Of a stretch of 64,000 nucleotides of DNA, positions 46,187-56,116 are shown piece after piece; the stretch's first letter is position 1, and each line of letters starts with the position of its first letter. The position numbers were made by a program, and so were the translations under genes. The notes below the pieces were generated by a model. It had not been told where the DNA came from. It saw only the letters and a program-made list of their open reading frames with translations, and did no database searches. This stretch comes from Nanobdellati archaeon (GTDB lineage Archaea > Nanobdellota > Nanobdellia > CSSed11-243R1), in the NCBI GenBank assembly GCA_027007025.1, contig JALTFL010000002.1:167066-231065 (forward strand). The letters run 5' to 3'.

Positions 46187-46885
46187 TTAATCACTTAAGT
46201 TTCCCTCTTTCATACCTGATTGCTTTTTGAAACTTTCATTTACTTTTGTTCCGGTTAATTGCTTGAGCGCATTAAAACATGCAAATGCAAGATTTATTCT
46301 TGTGGATGTCTGCCCGAAAGTTTTGCTCCAGACATCATTTACACCTGCCAATCTAAGTATCTTCTTACATTCATCCGCTATGCATAATCTAAGTCCTTTT
46401 GGAGCGGGTTTAATTATTATCCTTGAACTTCCCATCTTACCTTCTATAGTAAATGGTATTGAATGTGGTTCTCCACATGCACATTCCCAGCTTCCACATC
46501 CTCTTTTTATTTTGATTATGTTCAATTTGGCGTTTCTAATCGCCTTTTCCTTTGCCGGGACTGTTTCTCCTGAAGAGCCAAGTCCGATTCCAACATATCC
46601 GTCTTTGTTTCCGACTGCTGCCAGACATGTAAACTTGATTTTGGAGCCGTCACCTGTTTTCTTTTGGGTTTGCTTGAATGCTCTTCTTTTTCCACCACCA
46701 AACTTACCTTTTGATTGCCCTATGAGTATCAAGTCAGTTTCAAGATTTGGAAGTAAGAGGTCTACTATTTCCGGCTCTTTTATTTTCAGTCCCTTGTCTA
46801 TTATTTCATCTATACTTTTTATCTCGCCGTTCTTTACCATTCTTCCAAGTTTTGTTTTTGGAATCCATTCTTCTGAACTATTCAT
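46187..46885 (-). CDS. rps5: 30S ribosomal protein uS5
   Basis: WIPKTKLG, RGCGSWEC, PAPKG. Confidence 0.95.
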   Translation of the reverse strand: MNSSEEWIPKTKLGRMVKNGEIKSIDEIIDKGLKIKEPEIVDLLLPNLETDLILIGQSKGKFGGGKRRAFKQTQKKTGDGSKIKFTCLAAVGNKDGYVGIGLGSSGETVPAKEKAIRNAKLNIIKIKRGCGSWECACGEPHSIPFTIEGKMGSSRIIIKPAPKGLRLCIADECKKILRLAGVNDVWSKTFGQTSTRINLAFACFNALKQLTGTKVNESFKKQSGMKEGNLSD

Positions 46886-47472
46886 CCGTGTTCACCACTT
46901 ATTCTTTTTTTGACTTCCTGGAAGTGTTCCACAAACTTATCTGGTTCCAGCTTGTTTTTTAAAACTTCTGAAAATTTCTTTTCATATTCTTCCGGATTTT
47001 CCGCCTTTAAAATTTTGGCGTAATCTTCAATATGATACCCCTGAATTACCCTTTCTTTAGGGAATACTTTCTCGTCGTGAGGTATGTTCAATTCTCCATC
47101 GACAGCGCCTTTTAAGGCAGCGTAAATTTTACACCCTTTTGTTAAATTATATAACCCTGTATCCAATATCGCGTCTTTTATTCCTTTCTTAATTGCTTTA
47201 AGGGCGCAAAGGTATCCTGTAAGGTATGCTGCTGGTATATTGCTTGTGTTTCCTTTGTATCCATATTGTTTTAGCTGAAGGGATGAAACCGAGACTTTTA
47301 CCTCATCTCCTTTTGGATTATATTTTACTATTTGACAGGTTATGCTATTATTTGATTTCCTCACTACGAATCTCATCTTGCCTGACTTCAAGAGAGTTAG
47401 TCTCTTCTTGTAATTAGTCAATCCTTTTCTTCTTCGTTTATACTTTACTATGTATCTTGGTCCTTCAGCCAT
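46882..47472 (-). CDS. rpl18: 50S ribosomal protein uL18
   Basis: RRRKGLTNYKKRL, NIPAAYLTG, LKGAVD. Confidence 0.94.
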   Translation of the reverse strand: MAEGPRYIVKYKRRRKGLTNYKKRLTLLKSGKMRFVVRKSNNSITCQIVKYNPKGDEVKVSVSSLQLKQYGYKGNTSNIPAAYLTGYLCALKAIKKGIKDAILDTGLYNLTKGCKIYAALKGAVDGELNIPHDEKVFPKERVIQGYHIEDYAKILKAENPEEYEKKFSEVLKNKLEPDKFVEHFQEVKKRISGEHG

Positions 47473-47473
47473 T

Positions 47474-47917
47474 TTATTCCCTCATTAATTTTTCCAGGTA
47501 TGTTCTCAGATGTGATGCGCTTCTGAAAAAGTTACCTTTTACTTTTGAGTATAAATTTCTATGTGTCTTCGAATCAATTTTTCCTGACATCTTTATTGAC
47601 TTAAGCACTCCTCTTAGCGGACGCACTTTATTTATCCATTCTCTTTTCTTGTTGGTTCTTGCCTTTTCCGCACCTTTTCTTCTTCCGTGTCCCTTTCTTC
47701 TCCCTTTCTTCCTTTGGGCTTTAAGCATTCTTGCTCTGGCACGGCTAACACCTACTTTTGGTTTTGCTTTTATCATGCCTTGCTTAATCAATCCTCTGAT
47801 GTCTTCTTTTGTTATCGCCTTGGAAATTTCCTCCGCGCTATCTGGGTCTATCCAGATGCGTTTTTCTCCAACCTTCAATATTTTTGCCGCGATTCTTCTT
47901 TGCAAGTTGAGCTTCAT
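47474..47917 (-). CDS. rpl19e: 50S ribosomal protein eL19
   Basis: QRRIAA, RIWIDP, GVSRAR, GRRKG. Confidence 0.95.
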   Translation of the reverse strand: MKLNLQRRIAAKILKVGEKRIWIDPDSAEEISKAITKEDIRGLIKQGMIKAKPKVGVSRARARMLKAQRKKGRRKGHGRRKGAEKARTNKKREWINKVRPLRGVLKSIKMSGKIDSKTHRNLYSKVKGNFFRSASHLRTYLEKLMRE

Positions 47918-48315
47918 TTCTTAGCCTCTTTTTTGTTTTTCTTTAAATATTCTTCAGGTTTTCTAACATTTACAATCTTTATTTTTTTGCTGAGTGCTTT
48001 TTCTATTACGGCTATTTTCTTTTTCTTGCCTATGTTCGCAATCTTGATTGCATCTGTTGCTGGATTTACCTTTTCTAATTGAACGAGATTTTTAATATCA
48101 ATAATCTTAAGCCCGCTTGTATGTGTCCCTCTTAGCTTTTTCGGGGACGCGTAACCAATATCTGGTGCAGCACCTTTGTGGTAGCTGAGCAATTTCTTTA
48201 CTCTGCCATGCATTCCTTTGGCTTTTCTCCATATAGATTTTATTCTTTTTCTTGAAGCGCCAAGCCTAGGGAACTTTGGTTTCTTCTTTCTCATGTTTTT
48301 TATTTTGCTTGTCAT
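47914..48315 (-). CDS. rpl32e: 50S ribosomal protein eL32
   Basis: KPKF.R, WRKAKG, P.IGY.SP..RG.H.SG. Confidence 0.9.
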   Translation of the reverse strand: MTSKIKNMRKKKPKFPRLGASRKRIKSIWRKAKGMHGRVKKLLSYHKGAAPDIGYASPKKLRGTHTSGLKIIDIKNLVQLEKVNPATDAIKIANIGKKKKIAVIEKALSKKIKIVNVRKPEEYLKKNKKEAKK

Positions 48316-48316
48316 T

Positions 48317-48838
48317 TTACTTACCTTTTTCAACTATAAATATGCCGTCCTGGAATATCCTTCTGTCTTTTCCAACAATTCTTGTTGTACGCTCTATATT
48401 CGCGGCTGTCTGCGCGACTGCATCTAGGTTTATTCCGGTTACGGTTATGTCTTGCTTTTGGATTTTTACTTCAGCACCTGGCAATATCTTCGCTTTTCTT
48501 GGTGCTCTTTCTCCTATGAAGTTTTCGATTACCACTTTGTCCCCATCAACTTTGACAGTTGTTGGGAAGTGGGTGTATACGACCTTTAGTTTGTATGTGA
48601 ATCCTTCAGTGCTCCCTTTTATCATATTGTTTATGTGGGCCACAAATGTTTTTATAAGCCTCTTGTCCTTTCTACTTTCTCCAGATGTTGTAAGTTTTAT
48701 TTCGTCTCCTTTAACACTAATCTTAACTATTGGATGAGACAATTTCTTTTTTACCTCACCCAATTTTCCTACGACTATCATATTGCCTTTCTCGTATTTT
48801 GCTTGCATGCCTTCTGGCAGTTTGATTATCTCTTCCAT
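48317..48838 (-). CDS. rpl6: 50S ribosomal protein uL6
   Basis: YTHFP, NFIGE, QTAANIE, DRRIFQDGI. Confidence 0.95.
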   Translation of the reverse strand: MEEIIKLPEGMQAKYEKGNMIVVGKLGEVKKKLSHPIVKISVKGDEIKLTTSGESRKDKRLIKTFVAHINNMIKGSTEGFTYKLKVVYTHFPTTVKVDGDKVVIENFIGERAPRKAKILPGAEVKIQKQDITVTGINLDAVAQTAANIERTTRIVGKDRRIFQDGIFIVEKGK

Positions 48839-48847
48839 TTTTATCCC

Positions 48848-49231
48848 TTAGTATATATACGCTAAAAGCTGTCCTCCAATTTTTTCTTTCTTTGCTTTTT
48901 CCTGTGTCATTATACCTTTTGTCGTTGAGATTATCAACATCCCAAATCCTTTTGCCGGAAGATATCTCTTCTCGAACTTTTCAAAGTTCAAAGCTGAGGT
49001 TGAGAATCTTGGCTTTATAGCTCCGCAGTTGTTGATTGCACCCTTTAGCTTTATTTTTGCTATTCCTCCCTTGTTGTCGTCGATTATCTCAAATTCGTCA
49101 ATATATCCTTTTTCATGTATGAGTGTCAATATGTTTTTTAGCAATTTGGATATTGGCTTGACTATGCATTCTGATTTTCCCTTCTTTTCTGCATTTTTTA
49201 TCTGCGAGAGCGCATGTGCAAGTATATCCAT
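48848..49231 (-). CDS. rps8: 30S ribosomal protein uS8
   Basis: INNCGAIKPRF, YLPAKGFG, STTKG. Confidence 0.95.
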   Translation of the reverse strand: MDILAHALSQIKNAEKKGKSECIVKPISKLLKNILTLIHEKGYIDEFEIIDDNKGGIAKIKLKGAINNCGAIKPRFSTSALNFEKFEKRYLPAKGFGMLIISTTKGIMTQEKAKKEKIGGQLLAYIY

Positions 49232-49233
49232 TT

Positions 49234-49473
49234 TTACACCTCATGTCCATACTTCTTGAATCCTAAGTCGGATGACAAATCTCTGAAGCACTGCCTACAC
49301 AAATTAAGCCCATATTTTCTTATATGTGCCGTGTGCTTGCCACACCTTTCGCATTTTCTTGTGGCAATTCCATGGCTTCTTTTCTTTGGCTTGCTGTGTT
49401 TCAAAAATCTCTCCTTCTTTGCAGGTTTGTGTTCGATTTGTTTCAACAATTTCTCATAACTTTTTATAGTCAA
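49234..49473 (-). CDS. rps14: 30S ribosomal protein uS14 (N-terminally extended)
   Basis: CERCG...KYGLNLCRQCFR...GFKKY. Confidence 0.93.
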   Translation of the reverse strand: MTIKSYEKLLKQIEHKPAKKERFLKHSKPKKRSHGIATRKCERCGKHTAHIRKYGLNLCRQCFRDLSSDLGFKKYGHEV

Positions 49474-49483
49474 TTATATCACC

Positions 49484-50041
49484 TTAAAAATATGTTGTCC
49501 TCTTTCTTTTTCCAACTTGGATTTCAAATTTATTTTTGAAAAATTCTATGGATTCATCTTTTGTTATCCTGTGATGAGTTCCTATCTTCGCACGTCTATA
49601 TGCCTTTCTTTTTGTTCTATACCCACCTTTTCTTTTTAGCGTAATGCTTACATCTAATCCAATTATACCAAGTGATGGGTCATATCTGACGTCTGGTATG
49701 TGGATATATTCATTTATTCCGAATGAAAGGTTTCCTTCCTCGTCAAACTGGCTCGGTTCGACTGTATTGTCAACCGCCTTGAACAACCTTTTCAGCAATG
49801 CTATTGCTTCTTTTCCTCTTAATGTTGTTTTTACACCCAATGCAAGCCCAGGTCTTACTCCCCAGCTTGGGATTCTTTTTTTGGAGCGAGTCACTACAAC
49901 TTTGGTGCCTGCGATTCTTTCCAGGAGAACTTTTGCCTTTTCCAATTTGTCACCTGCTTCACCTACTCCAACGTTTAGGGTAATCTTGTCAATCATTATT
50001 TCTCTCATTGGATTTTCTTTTTCGTCACTCACTTTCTTCAC
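49484..50041 (-). CDS. rpl5: 50S ribosomal protein uL5
   Basis: NPMREI, NVGVGE, TLRG, FD..GN.SFGI. Confidence 0.95.
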   Translation of the reverse strand: MKKVSDEKENPMREIMIDKITLNVGVGEAGDKLEKAKVLLERIAGTKVVVTRSKKRIPSWGVRPGLALGVKTTLRGKEAIALLKRLFKAVDNTVEPSQFDEEGNLSFGINEYIHIPDVRYDPSLGIIGLDVSITLKRKGGYRTKRKAYRRAKIGTHHRITKDESIEFFKNKFEIQVGKRKRTTYF

Positions 50042-50747
50042 CCGGCAGTTTTATTTCAGGCTTGTCTTTTCCAATTACAAAAATATATTTCTTAAGTGTC
50101 TCGAATGACTTTCCGTCATTTGTCTGCAATGCCACTCTGTCCTGGTTTGAACCTGGCATCGACTTGAACTCAATAATTTTTGCTGTTTCGCCAATGTGTG
50201 TTCCATCTGTAATATAAACATAAACATCTTTTTCAAGAGGCAAGTGTTTCTTTATTTCCTGGTTTGGAAGGGATATCTCAATAGTGTCCCCCGTGTTGAA
50301 TTTCTTTTCATCAATTAGTATGTTTCTTCCATCATGCAATGTGATTTGTATCTTTCCTTTTTTAGCGGCTTTTTTATTCTTTATTTTGCACAGTTTTATC
50401 TTAGCTTCATTTTCACTTATCTTCACGAGTTTTACCTTTCCTTTTTCGTCAAACAAAAATCTGTAATTGCTGTTTATTGATGGAATTGATATAACATCCA
50501 TAAGCCCGACAGGGAACTTGTAATCCTTTCTTATCTTTTGGTCAACAAGCACGCTGTTCGCGTTCAATATTTTTTTTGCTTCTTTTGCACTTTTTGTTAA
50601 TCTCATTAAGTCACGTAAAATTACCGCTAGTGGTAGGCTATTGTCTTTCGGATGAGGTCCAGGATTAGCTCTAATTATATAGTGTGCCTCTTTCTTAAGT
50701 ACTGGATATATTTTTGGTGATGCTAATCTGTGAATATGTCTGCTCAT
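50025..50747 (-). CDS. rps4e: 30S ribosomal protein eS4
   Basis: PGPH, FPVGLMDV, LHDGRN. Confidence 0.95.
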   Translation of the reverse strand: MSRHIHRLASPKIYPVLKKEAHYIIRANPGPHPKDNSLPLAVILRDLMRLTKSAKEAKKILNANSVLVDQKIRKDYKFPVGLMDVISIPSINSNYRFLFDEKGKVKLVKISENEAKIKLCKIKNKKAAKKGKIQITLHDGRNILIDEKKFNTGDTIEISLPNQEIKKHLPLEKDVYVYITDGTHIGETAKIIEFKSMPGSNQDRVALQTNDGKSFETLKKYIFVIGKDKPEIKLPGEESE

Positions 50748-51109
50748 TTCTTTTCACCCTTTGTTTTATTTTCAATTTTTGATTTTCTAAGCTTGTCACT
50801 TAAATCCAAGCCGGTTATTATTAAATTTGATGGGTTTATTGGAACTTTTGTGTTTGTCCCGTCTGCTTTTTGTATTTGAATACTCTCGATGTAAACTTTG
50901 CCTTTGTTTGGAATTATTCTCTCAACTTTGTTTATTTTTCCCTTGAATTTTCCTCTCACAATTTTTACTTCATCTCCTTTTCTTAATCCAAAAGTTCTCA
51001 ATTTGTATTTTGCGCGGAGATCTTTTGATAGATAAACCATGACTCCTTTTATGGTTGATTTTTTACTCATTCTTTTCCTATTTTTGGATGGGTTTTTTGT
51101 TTTTGACAT
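50744..51109 (-). CDS. rpl24: 50S ribosomal protein uL24
   Basis: LSKDLR.KY, RKGDEVKIVRGKFKG, PSN. Confidence 0.93.
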   Translation of the reverse strand: MSKTKNPSKNRKRMSKKSTIKGVMVYLSKDLRAKYKLRTFGLRKGDEVKIVRGKFKGKINKVERIIPNKGKVYIESIQIQKADGTNTKVPINPSNLIITGLDLSDKLRKSKIENKTKGEKK

Positions 51110-51110
51110 A

Positions 51111-51515
51111 TTATACCACCATATTTGAAATTCTAGTCACAAGCGAAAATCTTTCAATTACTTCTCTTGCAACGGGACCTTTTATTACGGTTCCCTTTGG
51201 TTCCCCTTTCTTTAAGTCTTTCATGACAATTGCGGCATTGTCTTCAAATTTTATTCTTGTTCCATTTTTCCTTCTGTATTCTTTCTTCTGTCTTATTATT
51301 ACGCATGGAACTATTGTGTGTTTCATATCCGGCGTACCCACCTTAACTGCTCCGAGTACAACATCTCCAACACCGCACTTTGGAAGTCTTGACCTTACTC
51401 CCTTATACCCTTTTACTGCAATTATCTCTATCTCTTTGGCTCCTGAGTTGTCAGCTATCTTAACTCTGCTTCCAACCTGCAGTCCTCTTGTTACTTTTGC
51501 CTTTAGTCCTTTCAT
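51111..51515 (-). CDS. rpl14: 50S ribosomal protein uL14
   Basis: ADNSGAK, IRQKK.YRR, FEDNAA, GPVARE. Confidence 0.96.
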   Translation of the reverse strand: MKGLKAKVTRGLQVGSRVKIADNSGAKEIEIIAVKGYKGVRSRLPKCGVGDVVLGAVKVGTPDMKHTIVPCVIIRQKKEYRRKNGTRIKFEDNAAIVMKDLKKGEPKGTVIKGPVAREVIERFSLVTRISNMVV

Positions 51516-51859
51516 TTTTTATTCACTTTTCCAATCACTACGAATTTTTTTGTTTTGGATATTGGGCGACATTCTCCAATAATTACCTTGTCGCCTTCTT
51601 TTATGTGTATACATGGGGGTTTGTGAGCATTAACTTTGGTGAATTTCTTTTCAAATCTTTCATACTTTGGGAAATATACCATTCTCTCCCATTTAATTAT
51701 GGCAGTTCTTGATGACTTCACGCTTTCAACTACACCTTCAAAGATTCTCCCCCTTATACTTAAATTCCCATGAAACGGGCAATTAATGTCATTACAAGTT
51801 TCACTAGGGGGTTCTATCCCAGGTATCCCAACATTTTTTTTCTTTATCTTTTCCGTCAT
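51512..51859 (-). CDS. rps17: 30S ribosomal protein uS17
   Basis: CPFHG, KYER, ECRPISKTK. Confidence 0.95.
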   Translation of the reverse strand: MTEKIKKKNVGIPGIEPPSETCNDINCPFHGNLSIRGRIFEGVVESVKSSRTAIIKWERMVYFPKYERFEKKFTKVNAHKPPCIHIKEGDKVIIGECRPISKTKKFVVIGKVNKK

Positions 51860-51860
51860 T

Positions 51861-52142
51861 TCAAATCCTCTTTTTTGGAATTGATTTTTTGATTCTTTTT
51901 TCGGGGTTTCCGCTTAAGAGCGTACCTTCGATTTTGACAATTCCTTTGTCGGTTTTTATCTTCAGGGTGCATTCCCTTTTTATTATTTTTTTTTCACCTT
52001 TCTTTGTTTTTATTGTGAGCATGTTTTTTGTTTCGTCGACTATTTTTCCTTTCAAGCCGACGAGACTTTTGTTTTTGCTTTCTTCAATCTCGGCTTCAAG
52101 CCCAATCAACTCGTGTTTTATGAGGTTTTTTGGAGTTATCAT
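51861..52142 (-). CDS. rnp1: RNase P protein Rpp29
   Basis: HELIGL, G.IVDETKN, PEKR. Confidence 0.92.
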   Translation of the reverse strand: MITPKNLIKHELIGLEAEIEESKNKSLVGLKGKIVDETKNMLTIKTKKGEKKIIKRECTLKIKTDKGIVKIEGTLLSGNPEKRIKKSIPKKRI

Positions 52143-52451
52143 TTACCTCACTTCGATTTGGTCTTCCGTGAATCCGGATTTCACGAGCACTTCTTTTGCC
52201 TTTTGTTTGTGTTCGCCTTGGAGTTCGATTGCGTTATCTTTGCTTGTTCCACCACATGCGAGTTCGGATTTGAATTTCTTAGCCAATTTTTTCACGTCAA
52301 TATCTTTTGGGTCAAATCCTTCGATGATGGTTGTTATTTTTCCATATCTTCTCTTCACAGTTCTTATGCGTATTTTTTGTTTTTCCTTTGCTATTGTCTC
52401 GCAAACGCATAATTCCTTGGGCAAACCACATTTTGGGCAAACTTCTGCCAT
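52143..52451 (-). CDS. translation initiation factor SUI1 (aIF1)
   Basis: [26 protein letters not shown]. Confidence 0.93.
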   Translation of the reverse strand: MAEVCPKCGLPKELCVCETIAKEKQKIRIRTVKRRYGKITTIIEGFDPKDIDVKKLAKKFKSELACGGTSKDNAIELQGEHKQKAKEVLVKSGFTEDQIEVR

Positions 52452-52452
52452 G

Positions 52453-52659
52453 TTACTTTGAAACACCTCTCTCTCTTTTTACTGTTAAAATCCTGGCGAT
52501 TGTTTTTCTTATCTCTCTTATCTTACCAGGATTATCTGGAGCAGCACCTTGTGATATTTTTGTTCTCGCTTTCATGAGCTCTTTTTTCAAGTCAAATAGC
52601 TTCTTATCAAGTTCTTCATCTTTCATTTTCTTTATATCTTTGATGTGTAATATTGCCAT
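52453..52659 (-). CDS. rpl29: 50S ribosomal protein uL29
   Basis: [17 protein letters not shown]. Confidence 0.93.
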   Translation of the reverse strand: MAILHIKDIKKMKDEELDKKLFDLKKELMKARTKISQGAAPDNPGKIREIRKTIARILTVKRERGVSK

Positions 52660-52661
52660 TT

Positions 52662-53297
52662 TTACTTTGCCTCTTCCTCGGGTACTTCTTCGACTTTTAT
52701 TTCTTTTGAATATACTTGGTCAGGCATCTTTATCCCTGGTGGTAATAGATTGACTGTTATGCCGACTACGCCAGGTTTTAGCTTGACGACTTTGTATCCT
52801 TTCTTTACCTTGCTTATCGCGATATCACCGCACTTTGGAAGGTGTCCCGCGTAAAATCTCCAGCTTCTAGCACGAGAGCTTGGTATCTTCCCGGACAATC
52901 TTATCTCCGCGCCTACTGCTCCTGCTCTCAGCATTTTTTCAATTGACTTGTGTCCAATTGCTTTAAATCTTGATACACCGAATTTCATTATTTGCGAACC
53001 AATTCTTTCAGCCATAACCTGTGCGTCAAGCTCTGGAATGTCAACTTCTCTTACTTCTACCACCGGTGATTCCAGTTTGAATTTCTTTTGAAGAGTTTCT
53101 TGGATTGATCTTATGTTTATTCCTCTCCTTCCGACAATCAATCCGGGTTTTGATGAGTAGATTATTATGCTATACCCTACAGGTGTCTTTTGAATATCCA
53201 CATGTGAAAATCCAACTCTATCTAATTTATTTTCAAGATATTCTTTAATTGAGTGCTCGTTTATCTTGTCTTTGATGAATTTCCTTTCTACGACCAT
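52662..53297 (-). CDS. rps3: 30S ribosomal protein uS3
   Basis: KPGLIVGRRG (KH), GA.GAEI..SGK, KPGVVGI. Confidence 0.95.
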   Translation of the reverse strand: MVVERKFIKDKINEHSIKEYLENKLDRVGFSHVDIQKTPVGYSIIIYSSKPGLIVGRRGINIRSIQETLQKKFKLESPVVEVREVDIPELDAQVMAERIGSQIMKFGVSRFKAIGHKSIEKMLRAGAVGAEIRLSGKIPSSRARSWRFYAGHLPKCGDIAISKVKKGYKVVKLKPGVVGITVNLLPPGIKMPDQVYSKEIKVEEVPEEEAK

Positions 53298-53298
53298 T

Positions 53299-53895
53299 TT
53301 ACTTCTTCACCTTTTTCTTTGTTGGTTTTTTCTCTTTTTCTCTTTCAGCAACAATGATTTCTATATTTGAATATCTTCCTTTCTTTTCTTTTGATATCAC
53401 ACGCTCGCTACGCGCTATTTTGACATAAAGTCTTTCCGGGTCCATATTAAGGTATGTTGCGTTTGCAATTGCGTTCTCCAAGACTTCAAGTATATATTTT
53501 GAAACTTTTACGGGATATCTGCCCGCGCCAAAACCCTTTCCAGGCTTGTGAGGCGTGTCCTTTTTGTACCTGTAGTATCTTATTGGTCTCTTCAATTCAA
53601 TTGCGTCTTTGAGTATTTTTTTTGCATTTTCAACAGGTTGTCCCTTTATTGCTCTGCAGACTTCTACTGATATCTTTGGGGATATCGGAAGGTAAGATCC
53701 TTTTCCTTTGATTTCACTTACCTTTGGTTTTTTTATTTCTGCTTTTTTCTTTGTTTCTTTCTTTTTGGTTTCTTTTGGAGCTCCTTCAGCTGCTGCTTCT
53801 TTTTCTTCCTTCTTCTTTCTAGCTTTTTCTTCCAATTTTTCCTTTGTCTTTTCCTGTCTTGCTTCAAGCTTTGAACTTGTCATAATTTGCCTCAT
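53299..53895 (-). CDS. rpl22: 50S ribosomal protein uL22 with K/E-rich N-terminal extension
   Basis: ISPK.SVE, GRYPVK, NA.ANA. Confidence 0.9.
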   Translation of the reverse strand: MRQIMTSSKLEARQEKTKEKLEEKARKKKEEKEAAAEGAPKETKKKETKKKAEIKKPKVSEIKGKGSYLPISPKISVEVCRAIKGQPVENAKKILKDAIELKRPIRYYRYKKDTPHKPGKGFGAGRYPVKVSKYILEVLENAIANATYLNMDPERLYVKIARSERVISKEKKGRYSNIEIIVAEREKEKKPTKKKVKK

Positions 53896-54305
53896 TACTT
53901 AGTTGGTACAAACGCCGAACCACGTGTAGCTCCAACTCCTGGTGAATTGTGCTGAACTTTTTTTCTTGTTATTGCAAATTCTCCAAGATAATGTCCGAGC
54001 ATTTCGGGTGTAACATCAAGTTTTACAAACTCCTTCCCATTATGTATTCCAAATGTAAGTCCTACCATTATTGGAAGTGTAACCATGCTTCTGCAGTGTG
54101 TTTTTATCATCTTTGGTTCTTTTCCAGATTCAGCTTCCTTTCTTGCCTTCTTTATTTTAATCAACAATTTCTTTTCTTCGTCGGTCATTCCTTTCTTTAT
54201 GCTTCTTCTTTGCCTTGATGGAATTAAATTTATAAATTCATTTATGTCCATTTTTTTAAGTTCACTGAATGTGTATCCTCTATATGTGAAATCTTCTGCC
54301 AACAT
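53895..54305 (-). CDS. rps19: 30S ribosomal protein uS19
   Basis: FTYRG, KTHCR, HNGKEF, GHYLGEF, GVGATR. Confidence 0.95.
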   Translation of the reverse strand: MLAEDFTYRGYTFSELKKMDINEFINLIPSRQRRSIKKGMTDEEKKLLIKIKKARKEAESGKEPKMIKTHCRSMVTLPIMVGLTFGIHNGKEFVKLDVTPEMLGHYLGEFAITRKKVQHNSPGVGATRGSAFVPTK

Positions 54306-54307
54306 GA

Positions 54308-55039
54308 TCACCTTTTCTTCCTACCTGTTCTCTTGGAAGCTATGCTTCCGACTTTTCTTCCAGGTGGAGCATTTCTTGGAGCAACTTTCTTCTTTGAACT
54401 CTGGGTTGACCTTCTCTTACCTCCAAATGGATGCGAAACCGCGTTCATTGCCACACCTGATACTTTTGGCCAGTATTTTCCTCTTGCCTTCTTTATGAAA
54501 AAATTCTTACCTGCTTTGACAAGCGGTTTTTCTTTTCTTCCGAAGCCCGCAACCAAACCTATTGTTGCCCTACAGTTTGGATTCAACTGCTTCAATTTTT
54601 TGCTTGGTAATTTGACTATAACCCTATTCTCTTCGTGTGCTACAACCTTAGCAGCGCTCCCGCTTGTTCTTACTATCTTTCCGCCATCACCGGGTGCCAA
54701 TTCCAAGTTGTATATCTGGGTACCCGCGGGTATGCTTTTTAATGGAAGTATGTTTCCTGTTTTCACAGATGCTGCTGCACCCGCTTCTACTTTGTCACCC
54801 ACTTTGATGCCATATGGCGCAGGAAGTATAGCCTGAGCGCCTGATTTGTATTCTACAAGCATGACTGGCGCGGTTCTTGCGGTGTCATTAACTATATTCA
54901 ATACTTTTCCTTCTATCTTGCCTTCTCTTTCATCTTCATCAAGCGGCTTGTATCTTGATTGGAATCTGTACCTGAAGCTAGGTGCACTAAATGCTGTTGT
55001 TCCTTTTCCAGCTCTTTGTTGTCTCATTCGCTTTGGCAT
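54308..55039 (-). CDS. rpl2: 50S ribosomal protein uL2
   Basis: [26 protein letters not shown]. Confidence 0.96.
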   Translation of the reverse strand: MPKRMRQQRAGKGTTAFSAPSFRYRFQSRYKPLDEDEREGKIEGKVLNIVNDTARTAPVMLVEYKSGAQAILPAPYGIKVGDKVEAGAAASVKTGNILPLKSIPAGTQIYNLELAPGDGGKIVRTSGSAAKVVAHEENRVIVKLPSKKLKQLNPNCRATIGLVAGFGRKEKPLVKAGKNFFIKKARGKYWPKVSGVAMNAVSHPFGGKRRSTQSSKKKVAPRNAPPGRKVGSIASKRTGRKKR

Positions 55040-55048
55040 AATTCACAC

Positions 55049-55300
55049 CTACATCAAACCTAATTGGGTGGCTATGTCAATTGCAGGATATTCCTTTTGC
55101 AATCTTACATAAGCCTTTTTTCTTCCCTTTTGGTCTATTAACACTCTTACTTCCTTAACCTTGACTTTGAATCTGTCTTCAAGTTCTTTTTTTATCTTGC
55201 TTCTTGTTGCAGTTTTATCTGCTACGAAAGTTATAACATTATCTGATTCAAGCATTCTTATTGCTTTTTCAGTTGATATTGGATATTTTAATACTTCCAT
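55049..55300 (-). CDS. rpl23: 50S ribosomal protein uL23
   Basis: P.STEKA, KKAYVRL, A.DIA..LG. Confidence 0.94.
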   Translation of the reverse strand: MEVLKYPISTEKAIRMLESDNVITFVADKTATRSKIKKELEDRFKVKVKEVRVLIDQKGRKKAYVRLQKEYPAIDIATQLGLM

Positions 55301-55306
55301 TTTTTA

Positions 55307-56116
55307 TCACATGAACAATTTTTTTTCTCCAAGTGTTTTGATTGCTTCTTCGCTCCATATGACAATCCTTCCAGGATGTGTTCCCGGAGCAAGCACTTCT
55401 GCGTTCAAATCTTTTACAACATAAACGTCTGCGCCTGCAATATTCTTTGCGGATTTTGACAAGTCACATTTCTTTGAAACGACAAAAAGAGGACCTACTT
55501 TTTTCTTATATCTTCTTCCTCTCATTGTTCCTTTTCCTGCTCTTACTTTCTTTTCTTTTGCCCTTTCTATTTCTTCTTTCAAACCGACTTTCTCAAGAAG
55601 CTCTTTAATCTCTTTGGCTTTTTTCACATTTTCAATTTTGGATTCTATAATGATTGGGATTTCTTTTACGTTTTCAATTTTGTGTCCGCGTGACAACACG
55701 ATTTCCTTTACGGCTGTTGCCGCTATAGCGCTTCTTATTGCTTTCTTTCTCTCCTTGTTGTTTATCTTTTCGGCAAGCACCTTTTCAACCTTAGGTGGGT
55801 GAGCCACCCTTCCGCCGACAGTGTTTGGAGCTGTTGCACCAAGAGTAATGAACCTGCTTCCCTGTCTAACTGTTATCTTTCTTGGAGTTCTTGACTGTCC
55901 GAATCCATAGGTTGTCCTATATTCCCTTCTTCTTTTTGAGAATTCAGATGAATATCTATTCCCTGCGTTTTCTTTTAACCCATGAGGCTGCATTTTGTGG
56001 GATTGAATCGCAAGAACAGTGCGCCTAATCAAGTCTGGCCTGACTTCCTCGCTGAACTGTGCTGGAAGTTTTATATCTCCCTTGGCTTCTCCTTTGATTG
56101 AAAGTACTTTCGTCAT
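55307..56116 (-). CDS. rpl4: 50S ribosomal protein uL4
   Basis: RPDLI, GGRVAHPP, RAGKG.MRGR, LAPGTHPGR. Confidence 0.95.
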   Translation of the reverse strand: MTKVLSIKGEAKGDIKLPAQFSEEVRPDLIRRTVLAIQSHKMQPHGLKENAGNRYSSEFSKRRREYRTTYGFGQSRTPRKITVRQGSRFITLGATAPNTVGGRVAHPPKVEKVLAEKINNKERKKAIRSAIAATAVKEIVLSRGHKIENVKEIPIIIESKIENVKKAKEIKELLEKVGLKEEIERAKEKKVRAGKGTMRGRRYKKKVGPLFVVSKKCDLSKSAKNIAGADVYVVKDLNAEVLAPGTHPGRIVIWSEEAIKTLGEKKLFM

